Below, one piece after another: positions 43,801-52,493 of a stretch of 58,469 nt of DNA. The notes beneath the pieces are model-generated. The model made no database searches. It was not told the DNA's origin and was given only the letters and a program-made list of their open reading frames with translations. Location: positions 1-58,469 of the forward strand of contig JAZRYM010000048.1 in NCBI GenBank assembly GCA_045600765.1, in the 5' to 3' direction. Within the stretch, counting starts at the first letter, position 1; each line of letters starts with the position of its first letter. The translations under genes and the position numbers were made by a program. This stretch comes from Acutalibacteraceae bacterium. GTDB lineage: Bacteria; Bacillota; Clostridia; Oscillospirales; Acutalibacteraceae.

Positions 43801-44501
43801 TCCCAGTCGGCAAACGGTTTTTTCGGGTCATCGGAACGATACACGCCGTTTGTCCCCACACATTCGATTGCGTACGAATCGAGCACCGTCGAACCGCCGT
43901 AAAGGGTGTGTTTAGTATCGTAGTAAAGGCCGTAAAAATCTCCACCGTAAAAACTGTTGACCGCGTATTGCAGTTTCGTAACAGAAGGCAAAACCGACGA
44001 CAGACACAGCGTAACGGAAAGGGTCTCGCCATCGTCACTCACCTGGGCATCTTTCAGCTCAATCGACTCGTTGCCGAGAACCACTTTGAAATCTTCGTCA
44101 AATATATACATTTCGTTGCCGGAGCAGGTAAGGGTATGAGCGTAGGTCATATCGGCTTGCACCGTTTCGTCCGCCCACATATCCCAGTCGAGTTCTTCCC
44201 ACTCGGAAAGCGGTTTTGTCGGGTCGTCGGTTTTGTAATAGGTCGACGTAACGCCCAAAAATCCCGCGGATTCCTCGTCATCCAAATAGAAATTCCACGA
44301 AGCGTACATCAAGCACTCTTCAATGGTTTCGCCGACAACCATCATCTCGTTCAATTCCATTTTTGTGAGCGTAGAAAGCGTGTCCGGCGCGGTGCCCGTG
44401 TCGTCACTCCCGCTCGCCAGCGACACAATCGGTGTCACGGTAGCAAGCATCGCCACGCACAAAACGACGGCGAGCACACGGGTTACCATACGTTGTTTCA
44501 T
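40872..44501 (-). CDS. Large secreted repeat protein (about 1,209 aa) with a C-terminal type I dockerin
   Basis: Start set at MKQRMVTRVLAVVLCVAMLATV (ATG 44501, RBS GAGGAGGA upstream). Three N-terminal modules of about 120-125 aa, a long Gly/Asp/Thr/Asn-rich beta-helix-like region with GDGTA(A/S)(Y/F)..(.).N(T/K)TLTL motifs, and C-terminal DANGDGAVNMKDVLALRK / DCNGDGDINMKDVLMLRK. Confidence 0.8.
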   Translation of the reverse strand: MKQRMVTRVLAVVLCVAMLATVTPIVSLASGSDDTGTAPDTLSTLTKMELNEMMVVGETIEECLMYASWNFYLDDEESAGFLGVTSTYYKTDDPTKPLSEWEELDWDMWADETVQADMTYAHTLTCSGNEMYIFDEDFKVVLGNESIELKDAQVSDDGETLSVTLCLSSVLPSVTKLQYAVNSFYGGDFYGLYYDTKHTLYGGSTVLDSYAIECVGTNGVYRSDDPKKPFADWEPVYDWNENTFEKGYAYKLELEIDLAAPFVFDEGFAVESADGVPVEFELSEDGTTVTYYADVNLTDAPASKPLTVSVETGRVPYGGEKISAMENDCTITCDAAEKDVSYMGYGSCLESSDPEIPVNEWDYCSGDTFQTGGNYAICYTVDLNSDVYNYLTVLDSATLSINGKEPDFVQVFNEGTTMVQLYVVFNNIDGLPELPYGLVVGDTIVTDDNAEDILGDGTAAYDSASNTLTLRDCRLTKGYEWQTVEHNYAGIFATGDLNLMVEGDNTVAVDNNDANVIDAIRVGGDLALYGDGNLAVTGGKADTATALYCGGEATFYVEGDYSFVSGDRGADIAEALRLYPNKVGATVTFKGGNRSALMVESDRNVGYYDFTITGEGEELTMPSYETADLQFTAVANTDYQLMVGGVTVDETNKDDIFGDGTASFNPENKTLTLNNANITTWSDFYGNDTAICAHKPLTVNLVGDNVLDMTGAGASAYWGAFIEGYWDVIVTGDGNLTFKTDALTHEFGQNGIYAAGDLDFQIGGTFTVNYGDGAESTDVYVLWADEGTLTYSAKETKITIGNVGDATVFYSYEDINIQNAGDFTASVGKTAQQTVLLDTWNGTLFIDNSGTMTLSSDATKYDNIGANISGDFILLNNGTFTMNTGDSADEDAIGVTCRELSVVSDGTFDVQCGKAVNSNGSRALEVSGKATLLCDGTVNVQAGDGYDYSSALNAEEISIGGNAKYTFTTGESSNGYTEGIYAYLTVRIGDKADVTVKVGATDGDGGTTGIYGDNVVVTDDATLNVDVASAKNGTANGLFAFWTAELSTSGNVAVTSAEGGSGSYGIWGDDVTVSGTAKGGTITVEGQSAAFGFAPRYDENGYEVLGNLNDADKLEAITADDTTACTKVQFTALKDAPDVPQDDETMLGDANGDGAVNMKDVLALRKQLAGMEIDINFANADCNGDGDINMKDVLMLRKYLVGLIPSLDA

Positions 44502-44553
44502 AAGCTTGTCCTCCTCAACATAGTTGGTTTTAAGTAGATTTACTGTATCTAAT

Positions 44554-44582
44554 ATACTACCATAAAGAACGCTACCCGTCAA
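44554..44582 (-). promoter_or_regulatory. Candidate sigma-A promoter of the giant dockerin gene
   Basis: Minus strand TTGACG (44582-44577), 17 nt, TAGTAT (44559-44554). Confidence 0.55.
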
Positions 44583-44620
44583 TGCACAAATGGGTTTTCT
44601 TTCGCCCGATTGTGCAAAGT

Positions 44621-45616
44621 TTAGTCCTGCCGCCACATCGCGTAGGCAGAAAGATAGTCGCACGCGACACAAGTCACGTCGCCGTGTTTCAGCGCCGCAA
44701 ACGCATCGCGCGGCACGGCGTAGTCGGAAAACGCGGTGTCGTAACCGGCGCTTTTCAGGCGGTCGGTCACAAATTGCGCGCACAGCGAGCCTTGAACAAC
44801 CGCCATTTTTTCCGTTTTTTCAAGCAGTTCCGTCTCACCCTTATACCGCGCGGTCACAGGGACGTAATAGCACAGTTCGTTTTCCAAGTTCCACACGTTC
44901 GGCGCGGAATAGGAAATGCCGCGAAGTTGCTCGTCTCGTAGCCCACCCCAAAGGAGGGTCACCGACCCGTCTTTGAGTTTGTCGGCGGCGGTGTCCTCCG
45001 TCACAGCAACAAAGCGCGGCGTGAGACCGTAAACCCCGAACACCGCTTTGGCGACCTCAATTTCAAAGCCGACCGCTTTCCCGTTTTCAAAGGATGCCAC
45101 CGGCGCATTGCCGTCGAACACACCCACCGTCACCCCGTCTTTTTTCAAAGCGGTCAGCCGCGCGTCGTCCACCGCCCCTTTCATCGCATAAGCGGTGTCG
45201 CGGGGATACACCGTCCCGTAAAACCACTTGTCGGCAATCTGTTTGACGGTGTCTTCTTTTTGCCGCAAGGCGTATTCCACCAAATCCGCGAGCCCCTCAT
45301 CCCCGTTTTTGTAGCCGACGGCGTAGTAAAATTGCCCGCCGCCTATCCCCAAACTGCGGCAGTCGCTCTCGTCGGGAATGGCGGGTTTTTCCGCGGTGGG
45401 AGCGGGTTTCATCTCCGCGCGGTTTTTAGTCGTCGTGCTTGTCGAAGCGGGATTTTTCGTCGGTTTGGCGCTCGTTTTCGCCGTCGTCGCGGCGGTCGTG
45501 CTTGGAGTTTCCGACGACGTACTCGACAAGCGGTTTTTCACAAACAATCCCGAAAACACCACCGTCAAAACCACGACAGCGCCCACCACAATCCATAGGC
45601 TCTTGTGTTCTCTCAT
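44621..45616 (-). CDS. Membrane-anchored family-3 solute-binding protein (amino-acid SBP type), orphan
   Basis: Start set at MREHKSLWIVVGAVVVL (45616). S/T/A/P-rich linker. SBP_bac_3-like VTVGVFDGNAPVASFENGKAVGFEIEVAKAV...DGSVTLLWGGL. Confidence 0.7.
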   Translation of the reverse strand: MREHKSLWIVVGAVVVLTVVFSGLFVKNRLSSTSSETPSTTAATTAKTSAKPTKNPASTSTTTKNRAEMKPAPTAEKPAIPDESDCRSLGIGGGQFYYAVGYKNGDEGLADLVEYALRQKEDTVKQIADKWFYGTVYPRDTAYAMKGAVDDARLTALKKDGVTVGVFDGNAPVASFENGKAVGFEIEVAKAVFGVYGLTPRFVAVTEDTAADKLKDGSVTLLWGGLRDEQLRGISYSAPNVWNLENELCYYVPVTARYKGETELLEKTEKMAVVQGSLCAQFVTDRLKSAGYDTAFSDYAVPRDAFAALKHGDVTCVACDYLSAYAMWRQD

Positions 45617-45665
45617 TCTTTCCTCACCTTTTTCGTTCCTGAATTTTTGTTTTCTGTTTTCCTTA

Positions 45666-46292
45666 TTAAAACGCCACGTACACGCTCGGCACGTCGCCCA
45701 CAATCGCGGTTTGTGACACGGGAACAGCGAGGTTCAGCGTCGTTTTGTTGCTTTTCCCGAGGGCGGTCACCACCACCGTCAGTTTCGCCTTGGCGGTAAC
45801 GGTGTGGTACGTTTGGTTGATGCCCGCGTCGGTAAATTCATCGCACAGTGTCACTTCGGGTGACCCCGAAAGCGCCACAAAAAAGGAGACCGACGGCCCA
45901 CGTCCCGAAAAGGACGGGTCGCCGAACAGCGTACCGAGCGGCACCGAAAACGCCACGCGGTCTTGCTCCTCAAACGCATCGCACAGCGCCGTTGAAAGTT
46001 TCGCTTGCAAGGCGTTTTGCAACGCGGTGTTGCCCGAAAAAGAGCGCACATTTCCCGCCTCGTCCGTCTGCAACGAAACGGCATCGGAAAAGGTTTCCTC
46101 TGCGCACACCTCGCCCACCGCATCGGCAAAAAGCCGTTGCGCTTGGGTGGTTGCGGCGTGTTCGCCGTAAACGGAAAGCAGACGCGCGGCGGAAAATTCC
46201 ACCGCCACAAACGCCGTTACCGCTAAAAACACCACCGCCAACACAAGCCGTCGGTTGCGAAAAAAGCGACGGCGCAACCCTCGTCTTTTCAT
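45666..46292 (-). CDS. yunB: Sporulation protein YunB
   Basis: ORF trimmed to MKRRGLRRRFF (ATG 46292). TM helix, then (V/I)PLGTL(F/L)G....GRGP, (T/F)..AGINQT and VGDVP motifs typical of YunB. Confidence 0.8.
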   Translation of the reverse strand: MKRRGLRRRFFRNRRLVLAVVFLAVTAFVAVEFSAARLLSVYGEHAATTQAQRLFADAVGEVCAEETFSDAVSLQTDEAGNVRSFSGNTALQNALQAKLSTALCDAFEEQDRVAFSVPLGTLFGDPSFSGRGPSVSFFVALSGSPEVTLCDEFTDAGINQTYHTVTAKAKLTVVVTALGKSNKTTLNLAVPVSQTAIVGDVPSVYVAF

Positions 46293-46375
46293 TCGCTCAT
46301 CCCCTTTGCGCCACCATACGTGGCAGGGGCTTGGTCGGTTCCTTTTCAGCATACCACAAAGCGCAAAAAAGCGCA

Positions 46376-46411
46376 ACAAAAAATCCCGAGGACACGAAGT
46401 ATCCTCGGGAT
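46376..46411 (-). terminator. Terminator downstream of ispH-rpsA
   Basis: A7 (46376-46382) on the plus strand, stem ATCCCGAGGA (46383-46392) / TCCTCGGGAT (46402-46411). Confidence 0.8.
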
Positions 46412-46440
46412 TTTCTCTTGAAATGTACTCGACGACCGAA

Positions 46441-48549
46441 TTATTCGGCAGTCTCCTCCGTCGCGGGAGCTTCCTCTGCGGGAGTTTCTTCTGCGGGAGC
46501 TTCTTCGACAACTTCGGCAACCTCAGCGGGTTCTTCAACCGGAGCGGCTTCCTCAGCGATTTCCTCCGCCGGCGCTTCCTCTTCGGGGAGCAGGGCACGA
46601 ATGGAAAGGCTGATGCGTTTTTTGTCGAAATCGACGTTGATAATCTTCGCCTCGACCTCTTGACCGATTTGCAGTTCATCTTGCGGTTTTTCCACACGAT
46701 GGTTGGAGATTTGGGAAATGTGGATAAGGCCGTCCACACCGTCGATAATCTGCGCAAACGCGCCGAACGTGGTCATTCCCACCACTTTGGCGGTCACCAC
46801 GTCGCCCACGTTGTAGGCGGTGGTGAATTTCGTCCACGGGTTGTCCTCTTCTTTGCGATATCCGAGGGAGATTTTGTGTTTTTCGGTGTCGAGCGCTTTG
46901 ACGTACACTTCGACTTCCTGACCGATGCTCAGCACGTCGGACGGATGTTTGACCCGTTTCCAGGAAAGCTCGGAAACGTGAATCATACCGTCGGCACCGC
47001 CGAGATCGACAAACGCGCCGTAGCTGGTCATGGATTTCACGACACCTTTGTAGGTCGCGCCCACTTCAAGGCTCGCCCACAGCGCTTCGGCTTTCTCGCT
47101 GCGCTCTTCGCGGAGCACTTTGCGGATGGAGCCCACCGCACGGCGGCGTTGGGTGTTGACCTCAATGATGCGGAAGCGGGCATCGGTGCCCACCAGCGGG
47201 GAAAGGTCTTCCATACGGACGGCGGAAGCGTGGGACGCGGGAATAAACACGCGCACGCCTTTCGCCACGGCAATGACACCGCCGCGCACCACGTTGGTGA
47301 TTTTGCCTTCGAGAATCTCGCCCGATTCCGCGGCGGCAACGATATCGTCAAAGCCTTTGAGCGCATCCACCCGTTTCTTCGACAAGGTGATGGTGCCCTC
47401 TTGGTCGTTGGTGCGCATAATGAGCAGGTCAAGCTCGTCACCGATGTTGACAAGCGTGCTCGGGTCAGCACCCTCGGCGCTCAGCTCGTCCACCGGGATG
47501 TAACCGGTCTGTTTGCGGCCGATGACTTCCACCTGGACTTCGCTCGGGTTGATGCCGACGACAACGCCTTTCACTCTTCCGTCAGTATTGGACAAGTTGT
47601 TGAAGGAGGCTTCAAGCGCCTCTTCAAAACTCATTTCATCAAAGGATTTTTCCGGAGCGTCTGCCTCGCTCGTTGCAGGGATGGTTTTTTCTTCGTTCAA
47701 GATTTCGGACATGGTTGACTGTACCTCCTTAATTATATCGGCGGGCGTCGATGCTCCGGCGGTAAGGCCGGCAGACCGTACCCCCGCGAACCAAGCGGGC
47801 GACAAATCTTCTGCCGTCTCGACAAGGTACGCGGACGCAAACGGTTTGCACACCGCACAGAGTTTGGCGGTGTTGGAACTTTGACGTCCTCCGACAATCA
47901 CCACCACAGGGTGGCGTTGCGACAACTCCACGGCTTCCTGCTGCCGATTTGCAGTCGCATTACATATTGTATCAAAGATTAATGGATTTGTATAGTGTTT
48001 TTTTGCAACTTTTTTGCAATTTTCGAAAACTTTTTTTTGGAAAGTGGTTTGAGAGACCAAAACCGGCGGATTTTTTCCCACAATTTCGGGGTTGTCAAGC
48101 AACTCTTGCAACGTTTCGGGACTGTCGAACACAAACGACGGCCCGTGACAAAATCCGCGAATGCCAATCACTTCGGGGTGATTTTCGTCGCCCGCAATCA
48201 GCACGGTCGACCCGTTTTGCGAGTGTTCCTCCACAATGCGGTGGATTTTGTCCACAAACGGACACGTCGCATCGCACACAGTAAGCCCGCGCGCGGCAAT
48301 CGCATCGTACACCGCCTGCCCCACACCGTGGGAACGAATAACGAGGGTTGCGTCAAGCGGCGCGTCGTTCGGGTCTTCCACGATAGAGACACCCCGCGCT
48401 TTCAGCGATTCCACCGTTTGGGGATTGTGAATAAGCGGGCCTAACGTGCACACCCGCTTTCCCTCAGAAAGCAAGGTTTCCACCGCTTCCACAGCCCGTT
48501 TCACACCAAAGCAAAATCCGGCGGTTTTAGCAAGTTCCACACCGCTCAT
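46441..48549 (-). CDS. ispH-rpsA: Fusion of 4-hydroxy-3-methylbut-2-enyl diphosphate reductase (IspH) and ribosomal protein S1
   Basis: N-terminal about 285 aa is IspH (GFCFGVKRAV, GPLIHNP, CPFV, SSNT). Four S1 domains follow (e.g. G..V.G.V..(V/I)...GA(F/I)V), then an acidic A/P/E tail. Confidence 0.92.
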   Translation of the reverse strand: MSGVELAKTAGFCFGVKRAVEAVETLLSEGKRVCTLGPLIHNPQTVESLKARGVSIVEDPNDAPLDATLVIRSHGVGQAVYDAIAARGLTVCDATCPFVDKIHRIVEEHSQNGSTVLIAGDENHPEVIGIRGFCHGPSFVFDSPETLQELLDNPEIVGKNPPVLVSQTTFQKKVFENCKKVAKKHYTNPLIFDTICNATANRQQEAVELSQRHPVVVIVGGRQSSNTAKLCAVCKPFASAYLVETAEDLSPAWFAGVRSAGLTAGASTPADIIKEVQSTMSEILNEEKTIPATSEADAPEKSFDEMSFEEALEASFNNLSNTDGRVKGVVVGINPSEVQVEVIGRKQTGYIPVDELSAEGADPSTLVNIGDELDLLIMRTNDQEGTITLSKKRVDALKGFDDIVAAAESGEILEGKITNVVRGGVIAVAKGVRVFIPASHASAVRMEDLSPLVGTDARFRIIEVNTQRRRAVGSIRKVLREERSEKAEALWASLEVGATYKGVVKSMTSYGAFVDLGGADGMIHVSELSWKRVKHPSDVLSIGQEVEVYVKALDTEKHKISLGYRKEEDNPWTKFTTAYNVGDVVTAKVVGMTTFGAFAQIIDGVDGLIHISQISNHRVEKPQDELQIGQEVEAKIINVDFDKKRISLSIRALLPEEEAPAEEIAEEAAPVEEPAEVAEVVEEAPAEETPAEEAPATEETAE

Positions 48550-49265
48550 TTGCTCGCCTCCATCAGCGTTTGCACCGCCGCAGTCATCGCCCGCGTCGCC
48601 ACGCGCAAATTCGGTTTTTCGCCCGCCAGTTCCAGTTCTTCCGGCGAAAGCGGCGCGCCGAACGACACCGTTACACGGCGAAACAGTTTCACTTTTTGGT
48701 CTTTGGCGGTCACCGCCACGGGCAACACGTGCGCCTGCGTTTGCGCGGCAATCAGCGCCGCACCCGACTTAAAGCGACCGAGTTCCCCTGTTTTTGAGCG
48801 GGTTCCCTCAGGAAAAATACCCACCCATTTCCGCTCGGCAATCAGTTGCTGTGCGCGGTCAATCGCGCCGGTATCCCCTTTGCCGCGTGCCACGGGAAAA
48901 GCACCGCATTGCTTGCCGAGAAGCCACGCAAGAAAACCGAAACGAAACAGCTCCGACTTCGCCATAAAAAAGACGTCCGCCCGTTTTTGCGCATAGAGCA
49001 AAAACACGGGGTCAAGCATCGAAATATGGTTGCTGCACACCATCAGCGGACGGTCATCCGTCGGGAGATTTTCAAGACCTTTCACCTGAAACGGGAACAG
49101 CAACCGAAACAGCGGGCGAAGAATGGCTTTGAGTGTATAGCCGACCTTTCTCCAAACACCGTATTCCTTTGCGCGGCGCAGACGGTCTTCCTTCTCCTGC
49201 CGCTCAATATGCTCCCGTTCCGTCTCGTCCGGCAAACGCTCGTTTGAACGTTGTTCTTCCGTCAT
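48546..49265 (-). CDS. plsC: 1-acyl-sn-glycerol-3-phosphate acyltransferase
   Basis: NHISMLDP (HX4D) and FPEGTRS motifs. ATGA overlaps with both neighbours. Confidence 0.88.
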   Translation of the reverse strand: MTEEQRSNERLPDETEREHIERQEKEDRLRRAKEYGVWRKVGYTLKAILRPLFRLLFPFQVKGLENLPTDDRPLMVCSNHISMLDPVFLLYAQKRADVFFMAKSELFRFGFLAWLLGKQCGAFPVARGKGDTGAIDRAQQLIAERKWVGIFPEGTRSKTGELGRFKSGAALIAAQTQAHVLPVAVTAKDQKVKLFRRVTVSFGAPLSPEELELAGEKPNLRVATRAMTAAVQTLMEASK

Positions 49266-49936
49266 ACGAGTTTCTCCTTCACAATAGATTCCATAAGCGC
49301 TACCGATTCTTCCAGCGTGTTGCCCGTCGTATCCACCGACACCGCATCGTCCGCGGGTTTCAGCGGTGCTACGTCTCGATGGGAGTCGTTGTAGTCACGC
49401 TGTTTCATATCTTCAAGCACGTCTTCGAACGCCACGTCCATTCCCTTTTCTTTCAGTTCGTCGAAACGGCGACGCGCGCGATCCTCCACCGAAGCGGAAA
49501 GGAAGATTTTTACTTTCGCATCCGGCAAGACCACCGTACCGATATCCCGTCCATCCATAATGACGTTGTTTTCACGCGCCAATTTCTGTTGCGTTTCAAA
49601 CAGGAATTTCCGCACCTCGGGAATCGCCGACGTGGTCGATGCCGCCATCGACACTTCGGGCGTGCGGATTTGGTCGCTCACATCTTCGCCGCAAAGAAGC
49701 ACACGTTGCGTGCCATCCACATAGGCAATCGAAACCTCAATGTCCGACAGCGCGGCAATCACAGCGGGTTTATCGTTCACGTCAATGCCGCGACGAAGCA
49801 TGGCAAGTCCGACGGTGCGGTACATCGCACCCGTATCCACGTACACGTAACCGAGGGTCGCCGCCAACCGTTTGGCGATGGTGCTTTTTCCCGCGCCGGA
49901 CGGCCCGTCAATCGCTACCGCTACAAAATCGCTCAT
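49262..49936 (-). CDS. cmk: Cytidylate kinase
   Basis: IDGPSGAGKST P-loop, YVDTGAMYR, GRDIGTVV. Confidence 0.95.
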   Translation of the reverse strand: MSDFVAVAIDGPSGAGKSTIAKRLAATLGYVYVDTGAMYRTVGLAMLRRGIDVNDKPAVIAALSDIEVSIAYVDGTQRVLLCGEDVSDQIRTPEVSMAASTTSAIPEVRKFLFETQQKLARENNVIMDGRDIGTVVLPDAKVKIFLSASVEDRARRRFDELKEKGMDVAFEDVLEDMKQRDYNDSHRDVAPLKPADDAVSVDTTGNTLEESVALMESIVKEKLV

Positions 49937-49939
49937 TTT

Positions 49940-51217
49940 TCATTCCTCCATGTGTTCTGTAAACTCTCCTATACTTTGACCGGCAACAGCGCCGGTAGAA
50001 AAGGCAATTTGCAGGTTAAACCCGCCGGTGTAGGCATCTACGTCCAGCACCTCGCCGGCAAAATACAACCCGTTGCAAAGTTTGGATGCCATTGTTTTCG
50101 GGTCAATCTCTTTCACCGAGACGCCGCCCGCCGTCACAATCGCCTCCGAAACGGGACGCGGGCGCGTCACCGTCAGCGGCAAGGCTTTTACCGCCGTTTT
50201 CAGCCGCTCACGCTGTTCGCGCGTTACGCTGTGGCACTTGGTCGCACCCTCCACCCCGCATTGCGCAAGAAAGGGGTCAACCAAACTTTTCGGAAGCAGT
50301 TTCGGCAAGGTGTTTTGCAAATCGGCGTTTTGCCGTTCCGCAAAATCGCGCAATAAGCGCGCATCCAACTGTTCAGCGGAAAGGGCGGGTTTCAGGTCAA
50401 TCAGCAGGCGATACCGCCCGTCGGTAATGTCCCGCAAATGCGCCGATGCGCTTAAAATCATCGGGCCGGACACCCCGAAATGGGTAAACAGCATCTCGCC
50501 GAAATCGGTATACACCACGCGGTTTTTGTGCGCGGTATCCACCACGGTCAGCCCGCAGTTTTTGAGGGACAATCCCTGCGCCTGCCCGCAAAGCGGCTCG
50601 GCACATTCGAGCGGCACAAGCGAGCCGCGCGGCTCCACGACGGTATGTCCCGCCTGCCGCGCCAAGTCGTAGCCGTCGCCGGTGCTCCCCGTTGTCGGGT
50701 ACGACACCCCGCCGGTGCACACCACCACGCGGTCGGCAACGTATTCCTTTCCGTCGGTATCGACAACGCCTTTGCACACGCCGTTTTCCAAAATCAGCGA
50801 GGCGACACGCGCCTGCGAAAGTACCGCGCCCGCTTTGGTGGCGAAACGGTGCAGCGCATCCACCACGTCCACCGCCTTGTCGGAGACGGGAAACACGCGG
50901 TTTCCCCGCTCGATTTTCAAAGGCACGCCCATCGACTCGACAAGCGCCATCGTATCGTGGTAGGTAAAGCGGTGAAACGCGCTGTGCAAAAACCGCCCGT
51001 TACCGGGCACGTTTTGTATCATCTCCTCCGGCTCGGTGGCGTTCGTGAGGTTGCACCGCCCCTTGCCGGTAATCATCACTTTGCGGGCAGGGCGCTCGTT
51101 GCGCTCCAACACGGTCACGCGGCACCCGTTTTTTGCGGCAAATCCGGCACAAACCAGTCCCGCCGCGCCGCCGCCGACCACGATGACCCGTAAAGTGTTA
51201 TCCCTTGTCATTGTCAT
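49940..51217 (-). CDS. HI0933/BaiN-like NAD(P)/FAD-dependent oxidoreductase
   Basis: VIVVGGGAAGL dinucleotide fold, KV.ITGKGRCN.TN, GGVSYP.TGSTGDGY, C-terminal YFAGEVLDVDAYTGGFNLQ. Confidence 0.88.
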   Translation of the reverse strand: MTMTRDNTLRVIVVGGGAAGLVCAGFAAKNGCRVTVLERNERPARKVMITGKGRCNLTNATEPEEMIQNVPGNGRFLHSAFHRFTYHDTMALVESMGVPLKIERGNRVFPVSDKAVDVVDALHRFATKAGAVLSQARVASLILENGVCKGVVDTDGKEYVADRVVVCTGGVSYPTTGSTGDGYDLARQAGHTVVEPRGSLVPLECAEPLCGQAQGLSLKNCGLTVVDTAHKNRVVYTDFGEMLFTHFGVSGPMILSASAHLRDITDGRYRLLIDLKPALSAEQLDARLLRDFAERQNADLQNTLPKLLPKSLVDPFLAQCGVEGATKCHSVTREQRERLKTAVKALPLTVTRPRPVSEAIVTAGGVSVKEIDPKTMASKLCNGLYFAGEVLDVDAYTGGFNLQIAFSTGAVAGQSIGEFTEHMEE

Positions 51218-51313
51218 TACTCCTACGCGCGGATTTTCGCGGAAATCTCGCTAAAAACCGCATAAAATCAAGGATTTATCGTCTTTTTCTTTCTAATGTA
51301 AAGTAAATTAACT

Positions 51314-51844
51314 TTACTTAAAAACGCGTGCAAACACGCGATGCCATCGTGCTTTATAGAGGTCCACAAGCCCGTTCAGCGCCAAATCGAACACCACGAA
51401 CACGCCGTTGCCAAGCGCCAAGAGCACCAGCGGCATATTCACCCCGAACACCTCGAATTCGTCCGGTTCCAACCCGCCGACAAAGAGGAGCAAGAGGTAC
51501 ACCGCCACCACCGCGACGTTAAACAGCAACAGTTTCAGCACCCACGCGAGCACTTTGGAGGGAAGGCGGTCAATGAGCAGTTTCAGCGTGGGATAGTAGC
51601 CGAAGAACGCCAAAAACAGCAATTTCGCCTCAAAATCCGGCGCGATAAAAAAGGTGAGCACACCCGATGCGGCATAAGCGGCAAAACCCCACTTGACCCC
51701 GCCTTCAAGCGAAACGGGCATCAGCACAATCCCCGCGAGAGCGGTCAGCGCCAGGGTGGACACGGGGATGACGGTCAACATCATACACACAACGGCAAGC
51801 GCACCGAGCACGCCGCACAGCGCGATTTTGGCACTTTGTTTCAT
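51314..51844 (-). CDS. Hypothetical polytopic membrane protein (possibly ECF S-component-like)
   Basis: 176 aa, about 5 TM helices, no diagnostic motif. Confidence 0.45.
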   Translation of the reverse strand: MKQSAKIALCGVLGALAVVCMMLTVIPVSTLALTALAGIVLMPVSLEGGVKWGFAAYAASGVLTFFIAPDFEAKLLFLAFFGYYPTLKLLIDRLPSKVLAWVLKLLLFNVAVVAVYLLLLFVGGLEPDEFEVFGVNMPLVLLALGNGVFVVFDLALNGLVDLYKARWHRVFARVFK

Positions 51845-51878
51845 CCCGTCTCCCCCTTTTCTTTTTGTTCTCTTTCGT

Positions 51879-52493
51879 TTAACAGCAGGAAATCAAATCC
51901 CCGCCCATACATTCGCAGCAGCAGTCCATACAATACAACGTCTCACACACACGGCAGGCATCGACGTTACCGCCACAGCAATCCATCGACCCCGCGCGCG
52001 GCGTTCCGTCGGGATTGGCGGTGCCGCGACGACGATCCATCTGCGCCTTTTGCGCGCTGTATTCGGTGTTGCCGGGGTCCATCGCGCACGCCTGACTCAC
52101 GCAGGTATACGCATCGTCAAACCAGCCTTTTTTGAGCAAAATCATTCCTTTGAGATAGTACCACTCGGCGGAGCGCGTGTCGGCGGGCACGCCGTTGAGC
52201 AGCGTTTCCGCATCGGCGATGCGCCCGTTTCCCATCATCTCGCGCACGTCATCGTACTGCCCGCCGCCGCGATAGGCGGCGCCTTGATACCCGCCGGAGG
52301 AAGCGTGCATCCCGCGAATAATGGTGTCGTAAGCATCGTTGATTTCCTGCATTTTCTCCTGCGCCAAGTCAGACAGCGGGTTGTTGTCGTACTGGTCGGG
52401 ATGATATTTGCGGGCAAGCGCACGGTAAGCGGCTTTGACCTCTTCCTCGCTCGCGCCGCGGGCCACACCGAGCACTTCATACGGGTCTTTCAT
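51879..52493 (-). CDS. J-domain protein with a TPR-like helix pair and a Cys-rich C-terminal tail
   Basis: DPYEVLGV...[12 protein letters not shown] (HPD motif). [20 protein letters not shown]. The last 35 aa contain 12 Cys ([35 protein letters not shown]). Confidence 0.8.
   Translation of the reverse strand: MKDPYEVLGVARGASEEEVKAAYRALARKYHPDQYDNNPLSDLAQEKMQEINDAYDTIIRGMHASSGGYQGAAYRGGGQYDDVREMMGNGRIADAETLLNGVPADTRSAEWYYLKGMILLKKGWFDDAYTCVSQACAMDPGNTEYSAQKAQMDRRRGTANPDGTPRAGSMDCCGGNVDACRVCETLYCMDCCCECMGGDLISCC

Noticed and set aside
41079-44537. 1,152-aa plus-strand ORF opposite the giant dockerin gene
   Set aside because: Same reasoning. The minus-strand frame has a signal peptide, repeats and a dockerin. 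The plus-strand product is an R/V/G/H/A-rich shadow ORF.
45666-46757. 363-aa minus-strand ORF that would overlap the 3' end of ispH-rpsA by about 320 nt
   Set aside because: The N-terminal 155 aa are an out-of-frame reading of the S1 acidic tail and of the terminator region. The YunB homology, the TM helix and a sensible intergenic layout begin at MKRRGL (46292).
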